From an uncultured Acidimicrobium sp. (GTDB lineage: Bacteria > Actinomycetota > Acidimicrobiia > Acidimicrobiales > Ilumatobacteraceae): a DNA stretch of 59,670 nt. The stretch is from NCBI GenBank assembly GCA_964532575.1, contig CAZHIN010000001.1:21294-80963 (forward strand), in the 5' to 3' direction. The position numbers and the translations under genes are program-made. Below, in pieces: positions 27,534 to 37,241 of this stretch. Each line of letters begins with the position of its first letter. Position 1 is the stretch's first letter. The notes under the pieces were generated by a model. It did not search any database, was not told where the DNA came from, and was given only the letters and a program-made list of their open reading frames with translations.

Positions 27534-28579
27534 TTCCAATTTTCATTGCAGGTTCAATCGGCATGATCGTGTCACTGATAGGCACGCGAGCGTTGATGGT
27601 GGTCTTTGCTCGACTGGGCAAAGGTCAGCCAATTCTTGGCGCAGAGGATCACGGGCCAGTGCATCAGATGGGCAAGCAGGGCACCCCAACTATGGGCGGT
27701 ATCGCCATATTGTTTGCGGGAGCGATTGGTTGGACCGTCGCGCATGTGCGGGCGGGTCTGCCATTTTCTGATCAGGCCGCAATTATCTGGCTCACCGTTT
27801 TTGTGCTTGGTGCGATTGGGTTTCTTGATGACTTCTTGAAAGTGCGTCGCCAACATAATCGTGGAATTTTTTGGAAGAAAAAAGGTTGGATCACATTTGG
27901 TATCACGCTGTTGTTGCTGTGGCTGTTGTCGAGCACAACCGGTGTTGTCGAAACTATTTCGTTCACGCGAGCAACGAGCCCTGGTTGGGATATCACTGGA
28001 CCTATCTTTATTGTGTGGACTGCCGTCATGGTGTGGAGCACGACAAACGCTGTCAACGTGACAGATGGTTTAGACGGGTTGGCCGCGGGTTCTGCACTGT
28101 TTGGTTTCTTGGCGTTTACCGTGATTGCCTATTGGGCGTTTCGTAACCCGCGTATTTACGACATTGTCAACCCGCTCGATCTGGCAGTGTTGTCGGCTGC
28201 ACTAGCAGGTGCGTGCGCAGGATTTTTGTGGTGGAATGCAGCGCCAGCCAGAATCTTTATGGGAGACGTTGGTGCGCTTGGCCTCGGTGCAGCATTGGGC
28301 ATGCTCGCGGTCACAACCAACACTCATTTGCTGTTACCAATCGTGTGTGGAATCAACGTGATTGAGGCTGGTTCGGTTGCCGTACAGATGGGTGTGTTCA
28401 AGGCCTCTGGTCGCAAGCGTCGTTTGTTCAAGATGTCGCCGATCCATCATCATTTTGAGTTAAGTGGTTGGCCTGAAACAACGGTGATTATTCGTTTTTG
28501 GATTATTTCCGGAATATGTGTGGCAACTGCAGTTGCGATTTTCATTGCCGACTTTACGCGTCAGGCTGGTTTGCGTTGA
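27530..28579 (+). CDS. mraY: Phospho-N-acetylmuramoyl-pentapeptide transferase
   Basis: 349 aa, polytopic. NAVNVTDGLDGLAAG, MGDVGALGLG, HHHFE motifs. The GTG start overlaps the murE stop. Confidence 0.95.
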   Translation: MIPIFIAGSIGMIVSLIGTRALMVVFARLGKGQPILGAEDHGPVHQMGKQGTPTMGGIAILFAGAIGWTVAHVRAGLPFSDQAAIIWLTVFVLGAIGFLDDFLKVRRQHNRGIFWKKKGWITFGITLLLLWLLSSTTGVVETISFTRATSPGWDITGPIFIVWTAVMVWSTTNAVNVTDGLDGLAAGSALFGFLAFTVIAYWAFRNPRIYDIVNPLDLAVLSAALAGACAGFLWWNAAPARIFMGDVGALGLGAALGMLAVTTNTHLLLPIVCGINVIEAGSVAVQMGVFKASGRKRRLFKMSPIHHHFELSGWPETTVIIRFWIISGICVATAVAIFIADFTRQAGLR

Positions 28580-29934
28580 CGGTGCAACAAACAACGTTGG
28601 TGTTTGGTCTTGGTGTAGCAGGAATGGCCGTTGCACAAGCACTACACGAACGAGGATTGACAGTGATTCTTGCCGACGATCAAACCACAGAAGAGCATCG
28701 AGCCTTTGCGCGGCTGCTGCATTGCGAACTGTTGGAAACTGCACATGAGGCTGCGATTAAGAGTGCACTGCAGCGCGTCAGTCGCCTTGCGCCAGCGCCT
28801 GGTGTTGCAGAAAATCATTATGTGATCGCGGCGGCGAGGCAAATGGGAATCACGATCTCATCTGAACTTGAGTTGGCCTACAACTTTGAAGAACAGCGCA
28901 CTGGTGGCCCACGTCCGATGCTCGGAATTACGGGCACCGACGGTAAGACAACCACCACGTTGATGACGGCAGCAATGTTGTATGCAGCAGGTCACAAGAG
29001 CATGGCGGTCGGCAACACCGAGACGCCGCTAATTGCAGCGCTCAATACCGACACTCAGGTGTTTGCCGTTGAGTGTTCAAGTTTTCGGCTGGCAAATATC
29101 GAAAACTTCCGAACCCGTGCGTCGGTGTGGCTTAATTTTGCACCAGATCATCTCGACTGGCACTCCGACATGCACAGTTATGCATCTGCAAAAGCACAAT
29201 TGTGGGCGCATACAAGGGCCGGCGACGTAGCGGTTGCGCCAGTTGATGATGCGCAAATTTTGCTAGTTGCGCAACAGAGCACGGCACGCACGGTCACATT
29301 TGGTGCAACTCACGGTGATTATCACGCACAAGATGGACGGCTCAATTCACCGCACGGTTCGATCATGAACATTGCCGACATGAAGCGCGCGATGCCACAT
29401 GACATCACTAATGCGCTTGCCGCGGCAGCAATTGCAATCGAGAGTGGATTGGTTGAACCAAGCCATGTTGCGCACGCGCTTGGCGAGTTTGAAAATGCGC
29501 CGCACCGAATTGAGTTTGTTGAAACGATTGCTGGAGTGAGGTGGTTTAACGATTCGAAAGCGACAAGTCCACATGCTTCGGCCGTAGCGATTAATTCGTT
29601 TGACAACATTGTGTTAATCGCGGGGGGCCGTAACAAGGGTCTTGATCTCGCGCTTCTTGCTGCTCAGCCTCAACGCATCAAAGCGGTGGTGGCAATAGGG
29701 GATGATGCGATGGAAATCGAAAAAGCATTTACTGATGTGTGTCGAGTGATGCATGCAACATCGATGAAGGAAGCGGTGGCGCATGCACACAAACTTGCAA
29801 CGAGTGGAGACGTTGTCTTGCTATCACCTGCGTGCACTAGCTACGACTGGTATAACAATTACATGGAACGTGGCGATGACTTCAGGCGATGTGTGCGTGA
29901 AATGACGAAGTTCAATCAACTACAAGGCAACTAG
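28576..29934 (+). CDS. murD: UDP-MurNAc-L-alanine:D-glutamate ligase
   Basis: N-terminal Rossmann VFGLGVAGMAVA, P-loop GITGTDGKTTT. TTG 28576 overlaps the mraY stop (TTGA); the track ORF start at 28498 lies inside mraY. Confidence 0.92.
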   Translation: MTVQQTTLVFGLGVAGMAVAQALHERGLTVILADDQTTEEHRAFARLLHCELLETAHEAAIKSALQRVSRLAPAPGVAENHYVIAAARQMGITISSELELAYNFEEQRTGGPRPMLGITGTDGKTTTTLMTAAMLYAAGHKSMAVGNTETPLIAALNTDTQVFAVECSSFRLANIENFRTRASVWLNFAPDHLDWHSDMHSYASAKAQLWAHTRAGDVAVAPVDDAQILLVAQQSTARTVTFGATHGDYHAQDGRLNSPHGSIMNIADMKRAMPHDITNALAAAAIAIESGLVEPSHVAHALGEFENAPHRIEFVETIAGVRWFNDSKATSPHASAVAINSFDNIVLIAGGRNKGLDLALLAAQPQRIKAVVAIGDDAMEIEKAFTDVCRVMHATSMKEAVAHAHKLATSGDVVLLSPACTSYDWYNNYMERGDDFRRCVREMTKFNQLQGN

Positions 29935-29945
29935 GCGAGGTACAT

Positions 29946-31133
29946 ATGGCAACGATCCCTGCAGATACGCAACTCACCCCAGCCGAGAGACGCCGCGCTG
30001 TACTCAACAAATCTGGAAAGGCTCAGGCAAGTCGACTTGCGACCGATGCTCCGAGTCGGGTGTATTACGGAATTGTGGCAGTGATCACGGTGCTCGTTGT
30101 ATTTGGTCTGATCATGGTGTTGTCGTCCTCTTCAATCGTGTCGATTAACAATGGTGGATCGGCGTGGTACATGTTTCGCAAGCAACTGGCCTGGTCTGTT
30201 TGTGGATTCTTTGCATTGTTGGTTACCTACCGAATGCCGTATCACATCTGGCACATGATGGTGAAGTATGTGCTTGCTGCCTCAGTTTTTTTGATGATGT
30301 TGCCGTTTTCTCCTATTGGTGTAACGATCAACGGAGCACGTGCTTGGGCCGAGATTGGACCTGTTCGTTTTCAGCCATCAGAAATTTTGAAGGTAGCAGT
30401 GTTGCTGTATTGCGCAAGTGTTCTTGGGCGTCGTCGCAAAGAGATTGAAAATGTGCAGAGAACATTCGTGCCGATTGTGACGGTGTGGTGTGTATCAGTG
30501 CTGCTGTGCATGATTCAAAAAGACTTCGGTGCCGCAATTGTGTTTACTTGCGTGATCTTGTCAACCATGTTTATCGCCGGCACGCCGATGCGGTTGATTG
30601 GCTCGATAGGCGCACTCACAGTGTTGGGTTCAGTTGTTGCTATTTCTGCGAGCTCGCGGATGCAACAACGCTTCTTGTCTTTTCTTGATCTAGAGGCAAA
30701 TAAGGGTCACTCTGCGTATCAGGTATGGCAATCCATTTTGAGCATCTCTAATGGTGGCATTACCGGCGTAGGTGCAGGTCGAGGAACTGGAAAATGGGGT
30801 TATGTTCCGCTAGCGCACAGCGATTTTATTTTTGCAATTGTTGCTGAAGAATTTGGACTGATCGGATCGACAATGGTCATTGGACTATTTTTGGCTCTTG
30901 CATTGCTTGGTATTCAGGTTGCATTACGCGCGCGAGATCCGTTTGGTGCAGTGCTTGCAGGCGGCATCACAACGTGGTTGTGCATTCAGGCGACGATCAA
31001 TATTGGTGGGGTCATCGGGGCGCTTCCTGTTACAGGTTTGACATTGCCATTTATTTCGTACGGAGGAAGCTCTCTGTTTATGGTGATGGCAGCCTCTGGG
31101 CTTTTGCTCAACGTTGCACGTAATATGAAGTAG
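29946..31133 (+). CDS. ftsW: SEDS-family peptidoglycan glycosyltransferase FtsW
   Basis: 395 aa, polytopic. FtsW/RodA/SpoVE signature regions (QPSEILKV, HSDFIFA, PLPFISYGGSS). Sits in the dcw position between murD and murG. Confidence 0.9.
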   Translation: MATIPADTQLTPAERRRAVLNKSGKAQASRLATDAPSRVYYGIVAVITVLVVFGLIMVLSSSSIVSINNGGSAWYMFRKQLAWSVCGFFALLVTYRMPYHIWHMMVKYVLAASVFLMMLPFSPIGVTINGARAWAEIGPVRFQPSEILKVAVLLYCASVLGRRRKEIENVQRTFVPIVTVWCVSVLLCMIQKDFGAAIVFTCVILSTMFIAGTPMRLIGSIGALTVLGSVVAISASSRMQQRFLSFLDLEANKGHSAYQVWQSILSISNGGITGVGAGRGTGKWGYVPLAHSDFIFAIVAEEFGLIGSTMVIGLFLALALLGIQVALRARDPFGAVLAGGITTWLCIQATINIGGVIGALPVTGLTLPFISYGGSSLFMVMAASGLLLNVARNMK

Positions 31134-31137
31134 AGCC

Positions 31138-32289
31138 ATGGTTGCCCCTGCCCCTACGACTTATGCCGTTATTACGGGGGGCGCAACAAGTGGTCACGTA
31201 ATTCCCGCCCTGGCGATTGTTGAACTGTTGATCGAAGCAGGACACGGCTCTGAAACACTCGTTTTCGTTGGCTCTGATCGCGGTGTTGAAACATCGTTAG
31301 TTCCGCCGACTGGCATTGCGTGTGTATTTTTGAGCGTTGACGGATTTCAACGCGGTGTGAGTTTTGCCAAGATCAAGCGCAATCTGCGAATGCTGCCCAC
31401 CATGATGCGCGCGACTCAAATGGCAACACAGTTTTTAGTTCAAAACAGACCGCGAGTAGTTGTTTCGGTGGGCGGCTATGTGAGTGTTCCTATTTGTCGT
31501 GCGGCTCGCCATCTCAACATTCCGGTTGTCACGTGTTCGTATGACAGCAAGCCCGGTTTGGCTACAAAGATGCAGGCCAGGTATGCATCGGCAGTTGCGG
31601 TGGCCCACATGCCAAGCACGTTGCGCCGTGCACAACTCACCGGTGCTCCAGTGCGCTCCGAGTTGCGAATGCTCAATCGAGATGCTGGTCGTGTTGCTGC
31701 TCGAACTCGCCTCGGATTTGGCGCTGACGTAAAACTTGTAGTCGTGATGGGCGGATCGCTTGGATCTGCGGTGTTAAACAGCGCAACCGAGAGTCTTGTT
31801 CTGCAGTTGGAGACTGCGAGGCTTGCAAATGTTGCGGTGCTACACATTGCCGGATCTCGGTATATGGATGATCAGCGTTTGCCGAGTGTGCTCAAACGAA
31901 ATGACGGCGCGATGATCTACAAACGCATTGCCTATAGCGACCAAATGTGCGATGTCTATGCAGCAGCAGATTTGGTGGTGGCGCGGGCTGGGGCGTCAAC
32001 AGTGGCCGAAATTGCGACTGTGGGAATTGCTTCGATATTGGTGCCATGGAAAGATGCGGCGGAAAATCATCAGCTCATCAACGCGAGGTCGTTGAGTGAC
32101 ACCGGCGGTGCAGTGTTGCATGAAGAAGCGCAACTGAGCAATGAAGGCTTTTTGCAACTGATCGGCGATTTGCTGAGCGATGATGCAAAACGCGAACAGA
32201 TTGCGCGCGAAGCGAGAAACCTTGGTGATGTGCATCGCAAGTGTTCTCTCGCATCAGTGGTTGATGCAGTAGCAAGGGCATCAGTGTGA
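31138..32289 (+). CDS. murG: UDP-GlcNAc:lipid I GlcNAc transferase
   Basis: GGATSGHVIPALA N-terminal motif; GT28 C-terminal domain (ARAGASTVAEI). Confidence 0.92.
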   Translation: MVAPAPTTYAVITGGATSGHVIPALAIVELLIEAGHGSETLVFVGSDRGVETSLVPPTGIACVFLSVDGFQRGVSFAKIKRNLRMLPTMMRATQMATQFLVQNRPRVVVSVGGYVSVPICRAARHLNIPVVTCSYDSKPGLATKMQARYASAVAVAHMPSTLRRAQLTGAPVRSELRMLNRDAGRVAARTRLGFGADVKLVVVMGGSLGSAVLNSATESLVLQLETARLANVAVLHIAGSRYMDDQRLPSVLKRNDGAMIYKRIAYSDQMCDVYAAADLVVARAGASTVAEIATVGIASILVPWKDAAENHQLINARSLSDTGGAVLHEEAQLSNEGFLQLIGDLLSDDAKREQIAREARNLGDVHRKCSLASVVDAVARASV

Positions 32290-33722
32290 TGGGTGTCGGT
32301 CCATTTTTTGATCTGAGCAGGCCGCGCCGTATTCATGTCGTTGGCATCGGCGGGCCTGGCATGAATGCCATCGCTCAGGTGTTGTGCGAAATGGGTCATC
32401 AGGTATCGGGAAGCGACATTCATGAATCTGGCGTGCTCGATCGTTTGCGCGCACTTGGCGTCAGTATTTTTGTCGGACACGACGCTGCCGCCGTCACAAA
32501 CTGTGAAGCAGTGACTGCCTCAACAGCTATTCCCGCGAACAATATTGAACTCGTTGCCGCAACAGCGCAGTCGATACCTGTACTGAGCCGAGCCAACATG
32601 CTGAGCGCAATTTGTGCTCTCAAGCAGTCGGTTGCGGTGGCTGGCACCCATGGCAAGACAACAACTTCAGCAATGTTGATGCACATCTTGGCTGTTGCCG
32701 GACAACACCCAAGTTTTGTGATTGGCGGTGACGTACATGGTCTCGAGTTAGGTGCTGGCTGGCGCAATGGAAAGATACTTGTGGTTGAAGCAGACGAAAG
32801 CGATTCGACGCACTTGGCGTTGCCGCTGCACGCAACTATTTTGACCAATATTGATGTTGATCACCTTGATCATTTTGAAACTTTTGACAAAATTGTTGCG
32901 AGCTTTGAAGAGTATTTGCACAAGATTGCTGGGCCAAAGGTGCTGTGCGCCGATGACGCAGTGTGCGAACGAATTGCGGCGTCTCTTGCGTGTTGCACCT
33001 ATGGCATGGGCGATAATTGCGATGTACGCGCAATCAATGTGGTGCTCGCAGATGGCGCAAGTCATTTTGATATTGAGTTGCGACCTGCTGGTTCAGTACG
33101 TGATCGTGTTGCTGCAGGGTCAGTCACGGTTCCATTGCGGGGCGAGCACAACGTGCTCAATGCCACGGCGGCTCTTGCAATGGCAATGGAGTTGGGTGTT
33201 GCTTTTGGGGTTGCCTCTCAAGCGTTGAGTAGTTTTCGCGGTGTCGCTCGACGCTTCGATGTGCGGGGTGTTGATGATGGAGTGACATTTGTAGATGACT
33301 ATGCGCATCTGCCAAACGAGATTATTGCGGTGTTGCGTGGGGCGCGTGATGCAACTGATACTTGGCGTCGGGTGGTCGCTGTCTTTCAACCCAATCGTTT
33401 TAATCGGATGAGCGTGATGTCTGCTGCTTATGCAGATGCTTTTGCGGATGCGGATGTGGTTGTAGTTACTGACATCTATTCGTCGGGTACCACTCCCATA
33501 CCTGGCGTAACTGGCAAACTTGTTGTCGATGCAGTCAAGATCAATCATCCAGACAAGAACATTGAATGGATCGCGCAACGGAAAGAACTTGTGAGTTTCC
33601 TGGCTACGTCACTGATCAGCGGCGACCTGTGTATTTCGATGGGCTGTGGTGACGTTGCTCAACTTCCGAACGAAGTGATGTTGATGCGACAGAACAATCG
33701 CACCAGCAAAGTGCGCAAGTAA
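32286..33722 (+). CDS. murC: UDP-N-acetylmuramate:L-alanine ligase
   Basis: HVVGIGGPGMNAIAQVL and GTHGKTTTSAM motifs. The start overlaps the murG stop. Confidence 0.93.
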   Translation: MMGVGPFFDLSRPRRIHVVGIGGPGMNAIAQVLCEMGHQVSGSDIHESGVLDRLRALGVSIFVGHDAAAVTNCEAVTASTAIPANNIELVAATAQSIPVLSRANMLSAICALKQSVAVAGTHGKTTTSAMLMHILAVAGQHPSFVIGGDVHGLELGAGWRNGKILVVEADESDSTHLALPLHATILTNIDVDHLDHFETFDKIVASFEEYLHKIAGPKVLCADDAVCERIAASLACCTYGMGDNCDVRAINVVLADGASHFDIELRPAGSVRDRVAAGSVTVPLRGEHNVLNATAALAMAMELGVAFGVASQALSSFRGVARRFDVRGVDDGVTFVDDYAHLPNEIIAVLRGARDATDTWRRVVAVFQPNRFNRMSVMSAAYADAFADADVVVVTDIYSSGTTPIPGVTGKLVVDAVKINHPDKNIEWIAQRKELVSFLATSLISGDLCISMGCGDVAQLPNEVMLMRQNNRTSKVRK

Positions 33723-33729
33723 TAGCGCG

Positions 33730-35970
33730 ATGAACACTCCTCGATTATCCAAGCGTCCTGCAACCGCTGCAGAGGTGCAACTTGCAACAGAATTGTTGGC
33801 AAAACGTGCCCGCACCAATGTGTCGCTCGCACAATTTACGACTTACCGGGTGGGCGGCAACGCTGCGCTACACGTGCATGTTGAATCGTTGGATGATCTC
33901 GAGGCGATCAGCGCAGTGTTGGCACAGGTTGATCTGCCGCTCTTGGTTATTGGGCGAGGAAGCAACATGTTGATTGCCGACACTGGGTTTCAAGGTTTGG
34001 CAATTACTTTTGGCAGCTTTTTGGAATACATCGATCTGCCCGACCCGCACGACGACGATCAGGACGGAATTGTTGTTGAGCCAATTGCGCTGTTTGGTGG
34101 ATCGGTACCGTTGCCCGTAGCCGCTCGCCAAAGTGTTCACCGCGGATTGACAGGTTTTGAATGGGGCGTTGGTGTTCCGGGCACGATTGGCGGTGCAGTG
34201 CGCATGAATGCTGGCGGTCATGGCTCGGACATGGCTTCGTCACTTGTTTCGGCCCGAATTTTTCATCTGTTGCGGGGTGTTGAAGCTCATGTGGATGCCG
34301 TGGATCTTGGTCTGAGGTTTAGAGGTTCGGCAATCGCCGATCATCACGTGGTCTTGTCGGCGACACTCAATTTGGCTTGGGCGTCCGATCGCCAGGCTGC
34401 AGAAAATCAGTTGTCAGAGATCGTCAAGTGGCGCAGAGAAAATCAACCCGGTGGTCAAAATGCTGGATCGGTGTTCGTTAATCCAGTGCCTGGCGAGGTT
34501 TCTGCAGGTGCATTGATCGATCAGATTGGGATGCGTGGATTTCGCATTGGATCGGCACATGTCTCGGAGAAGCATGCCAACTTTATTCAAGCAGATGAAG
34601 GCGGTTTGGCATCGGATGTAGTGCAGGTAATGGCAGAAATTCGTCGTCGGGTCAAAGACTCAACGGGGTACGACTTGCGAAGCGAGATTCGACTTGCAGG
34701 TTTTGATGCTGCGATGGATCCAACGCTGATCGATGTACTGACCAGCGAATCGGATACAAGCGTGGCAACAGTGCGGCTCGAACATATTTTTGATCGCAAC
34801 TCAAGTACATCGATTGTTTCAGACACATCAATTCCAATCTCGATCTTGTCGTCTCCCGATTTTCAAGACCCGCTAGATGTGCCAACAGAAGTGCTTGATG
34901 AGTTGAGCGCGGTGTTCAGTGATGAGACATCTACAACACAAGAGCAACCGGTGATTGCTTCAGTAACCGACATAAAAACCAGAGAAGTAATGATGCCACT
35001 CGAGACGTCAGACAAGACGCACGCGGGCACGTCAACGAGCGCACCTAGTCGTGTAGTGATTATTGACGAGGACTTTCGTAATCCATCGGAAAGTGATTTT
35101 CCATCGGACACTGCTTCGCAATCGGTTCATCAAGCCCCGACTTCGGTGCGCGTTCTGATCACTGATGATGATGTAGCACAAGATCAGGATGCCGAAATTA
35201 TCGTTGGTACGCGATGGAGTGATGGAAGTAAATCGCGCAAAATACAAAATTTGCTCAAGGGCAAGCTGGTGGGTGGCAATAAGCGCAAGCGTTTTGTACT
35301 GGCAGTTTTGGGTTTCGTTGTTTTTGTTGGTGTTGTACTCGTTGTTTTGGCGTCGCCACTCGTTGCAGTAAGAACCGTGCAAGTTGAGGGCGCGAAATAT
35401 GCAGATGCTGCATTGGTGCGAAGTGTTTCCGACTCGCTCAAGGGCAAGTCGGTATTGACAGTTGATACGAATACTGCTCGCGAGAGATTGGAGAGCGACC
35501 CGTGGGTAAAGTCGGCGCGGATCTCGACAAGTTTGCCAAGTCGGGTATTGATCCAGATCAACGAGCGCATTCCTGTGGCGTGGTTTCTTGGCGTCGACAA
35601 TCGGGCACGCGTGATTGATGAAGATGGACTGGTGCTCAGTGTTGTTGAAGGTCGACCAACCCAGTACATGTGGATTGAGGGGACAGGACCCAATTTGACG
35701 GCGGGGGCGAGCTCGGCTGCTGGCTACCGGGCGGCTGGCCAACTGGCGATGTCATTGCCAAGCGAACTTGCGCCAATGGTCAAACATCTTGGAGTGGCAG
35801 GGTCTGAGCAGATTACGATGACCCTCAAAAATGGCACTGTTATCAACTTTGGGGCTCCTGTTGATATGCGCAACAAACTCGTCAATGTGGTGGTTTTACT
35901 GCGCCGTCAAGATGTCAATTCAATCATCAGCATCGATGTCTCTACGGGGACCCCAGTGGTGCAGTCATAA
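33730..35970 (+). CDS. murB: Fusion protein: UDP-N-acetylenolpyruvoylglucosamine reductase (MurB) - long disordered linker - TM - FtsQ/DivIB (POTRA) domain
   Basis: A single uninterrupted 746-codon ORF. aa ~20-325 is MurB (YRVGGNA, VIGRGSNML, GTIGGAVRMNAG, NAGSVFVNP, SAGALIDQIGMRGFRIGSAHVSEKHANF). aa ~326-520 is acidic and Ser/Thr-rich. aa ~521-545 is a TM helix. aa ~546-746 is a POTRA/FtsQ-like domain in the slot just before ftsZ. Confidence 0.85.
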   Translation: MNTPRLSKRPATAAEVQLATELLAKRARTNVSLAQFTTYRVGGNAALHVHVESLDDLEAISAVLAQVDLPLLVIGRGSNMLIADTGFQGLAITFGSFLEYIDLPDPHDDDQDGIVVEPIALFGGSVPLPVAARQSVHRGLTGFEWGVGVPGTIGGAVRMNAGGHGSDMASSLVSARIFHLLRGVEAHVDAVDLGLRFRGSAIADHHVVLSATLNLAWASDRQAAENQLSEIVKWRRENQPGGQNAGSVFVNPVPGEVSAGALIDQIGMRGFRIGSAHVSEKHANFIQADEGGLASDVVQVMAEIRRRVKDSTGYDLRSEIRLAGFDAAMDPTLIDVLTSESDTSVATVRLEHIFDRNSSTSIVSDTSIPISILSSPDFQDPLDVPTEVLDELSAVFSDETSTTQEQPVIASVTDIKTREVMMPLETSDKTHAGTSTSAPSRVVIIDEDFRNPSESDFPSDTASQSVHQAPTSVRVLITDDDVAQDQDAEIIVGTRWSDGSKSRKIQNLLKGKLVGGNKRKRFVLAVLGFVVFVGVVLVVLASPLVAVRTVQVEGAKYADAALVRSVSDSLKGKSVLTVDTNTARERLESDPWVKSARISTSLPSRVLIQINERIPVAWFLGVDNRARVIDEDGLVLSVVEGRPTQYMWIEGTGPNLTAGASSAAGYRAAGQLAMSLPSELAPMVKHLGVAGSEQITMTLKNGTVINFGAPVDMRNKLVNVVVLLRRQDVNSIISIDVSTGTPVVQS

Positions 35971-36103
35971 CTGTGTAGTCCGGGCTGACAGGTCTTGATC
36001 ACAGCCAGCCTGAACGATCAACTAGCCTGTACCCAACATAGGAACTGGCGTTTGTGATGCAGCAGTTATCGTTGTCACCAACGCTTCGTAGGAGGAGTTC
36101 ACA

Positions 36104-37204
36104 ATGGCTGGTGCACCACAAAACTTTTTGGCGGTTATCAAAGTAATTGGAGTGGGCGGGGCTGGCGTTAACGCCATTAATCGCATGATCGACTCCAATT
36201 TGCGAGGCGTCGAATTTGTGGCGGTAAACACCGATGCACAGGCATTGTTGATGAGCGATGCCGATTTCAAGATCGATATTGGTCGCGAAATTACACGCGG
36301 TCTCGGAGCAGGTAGTGACCCAGCAATTGGTCAAGATGCCGCAGAGGCAAGTCGCAGCGACATTGAAGAGATCGTCAGTGGCGCAGACATGGTATTCATT
36401 ACCGCTGGCGAAGGTGGTGGTACCGGAACTGGTGCAGCGCCAATCATTGCCGAGATCGCTCGCGCTGCTGGTGCTTTAACTGTTGGCATCGTCACACGCC
36501 CATTTGGTTTTGAAGGTCGTCGGCGTGCCATGCAAGCCGAAGCCGGTATCGCTAAGTTGCGCGACAAAGTTGACACTCTGATCATTATTCCGAACGAAAG
36601 ATTGTTGTCAGTTGCCACTGAAAAGACGAGTTTGCTCGATGCCTTTAAGCGCGCCGACGAGGTGCTGTTGCAAGGCGTTGCGGGTATTACCAACTTGATC
36701 ACGACGCCAGGACTGATCAATACCGACTTTGCAGACGTCAAAATGATCTTGACAAATGCTGGTACTGCCCTGATGGGAACAGGCAAAGCCAAGGGCGACA
36801 ACCGTGCAATTGCGGCCGCTACTGCTGCAATCAACTCGCCATTGCTCGAGTCGTCCATTGAGGGAGCGCGTGGAATTTTGCTCAACATCACTGGCCCATC
36901 CGACATGGGCTTGTTCGAACTCAATGCCGCAGCCGAGATCGTGCACGCTGTTGCTCATCAGGATGCAAACATTATTTTTGGCACGGTGATCAACGACGAA
37001 CTTGAAGACGAAGTACAAGTGACAGTGATCGCAGCCGGTTTTGATCGCTCCGATTTGGGAGCGACACGATCTACTGTTCGTGGTGACGGTCGTGATGCGC
37101 GGGGCGAACAGCGCGGTAGCCGAATCAAAGAGTTGTTCGGCTCGGGTGAAGACCCATTGCGCGATTCATCCGACGGCTTTGACGTACCAGACTTTTTAAA
37201 GTAG
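36104..37204 (+). CDS. ftsZ: Cell division GTPase FtsZ
   Basis: [13 protein letters not shown], tubulin signature [11 protein letters not shown]-terminal peptide DVPDFLK. An AGGAGG SD lies upstream. Confidence 0.98.
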   Translation: MAGAPQNFLAVIKVIGVGGAGVNAINRMIDSNLRGVEFVAVNTDAQALLMSDADFKIDIGREITRGLGAGSDPAIGQDAAEASRSDIEEIVSGADMVFITAGEGGGTGTGAAPIIAEIARAAGALTVGIVTRPFGFEGRRRAMQAEAGIAKLRDKVDTLIIIPNERLLSVATEKTSLLDAFKRADEVLLQGVAGITNLITTPGLINTDFADVKMILTNAGTALMGTGKAKGDNRAIAAATAAINSPLLESSIEGARGILLNITGPSDMGLFELNAAAEIVHAVAHQDANIIFGTVINDELEDEVQVTVIAAGFDRSDLGATRSTVRGDGRDARGEQRGSRIKELFGSGEDPLRDSSDGFDVPDFLK

Positions 37205-37241
37205 CAATCGCTGTGGTTGGCACGCTTGCCAGCGAAGTCTT

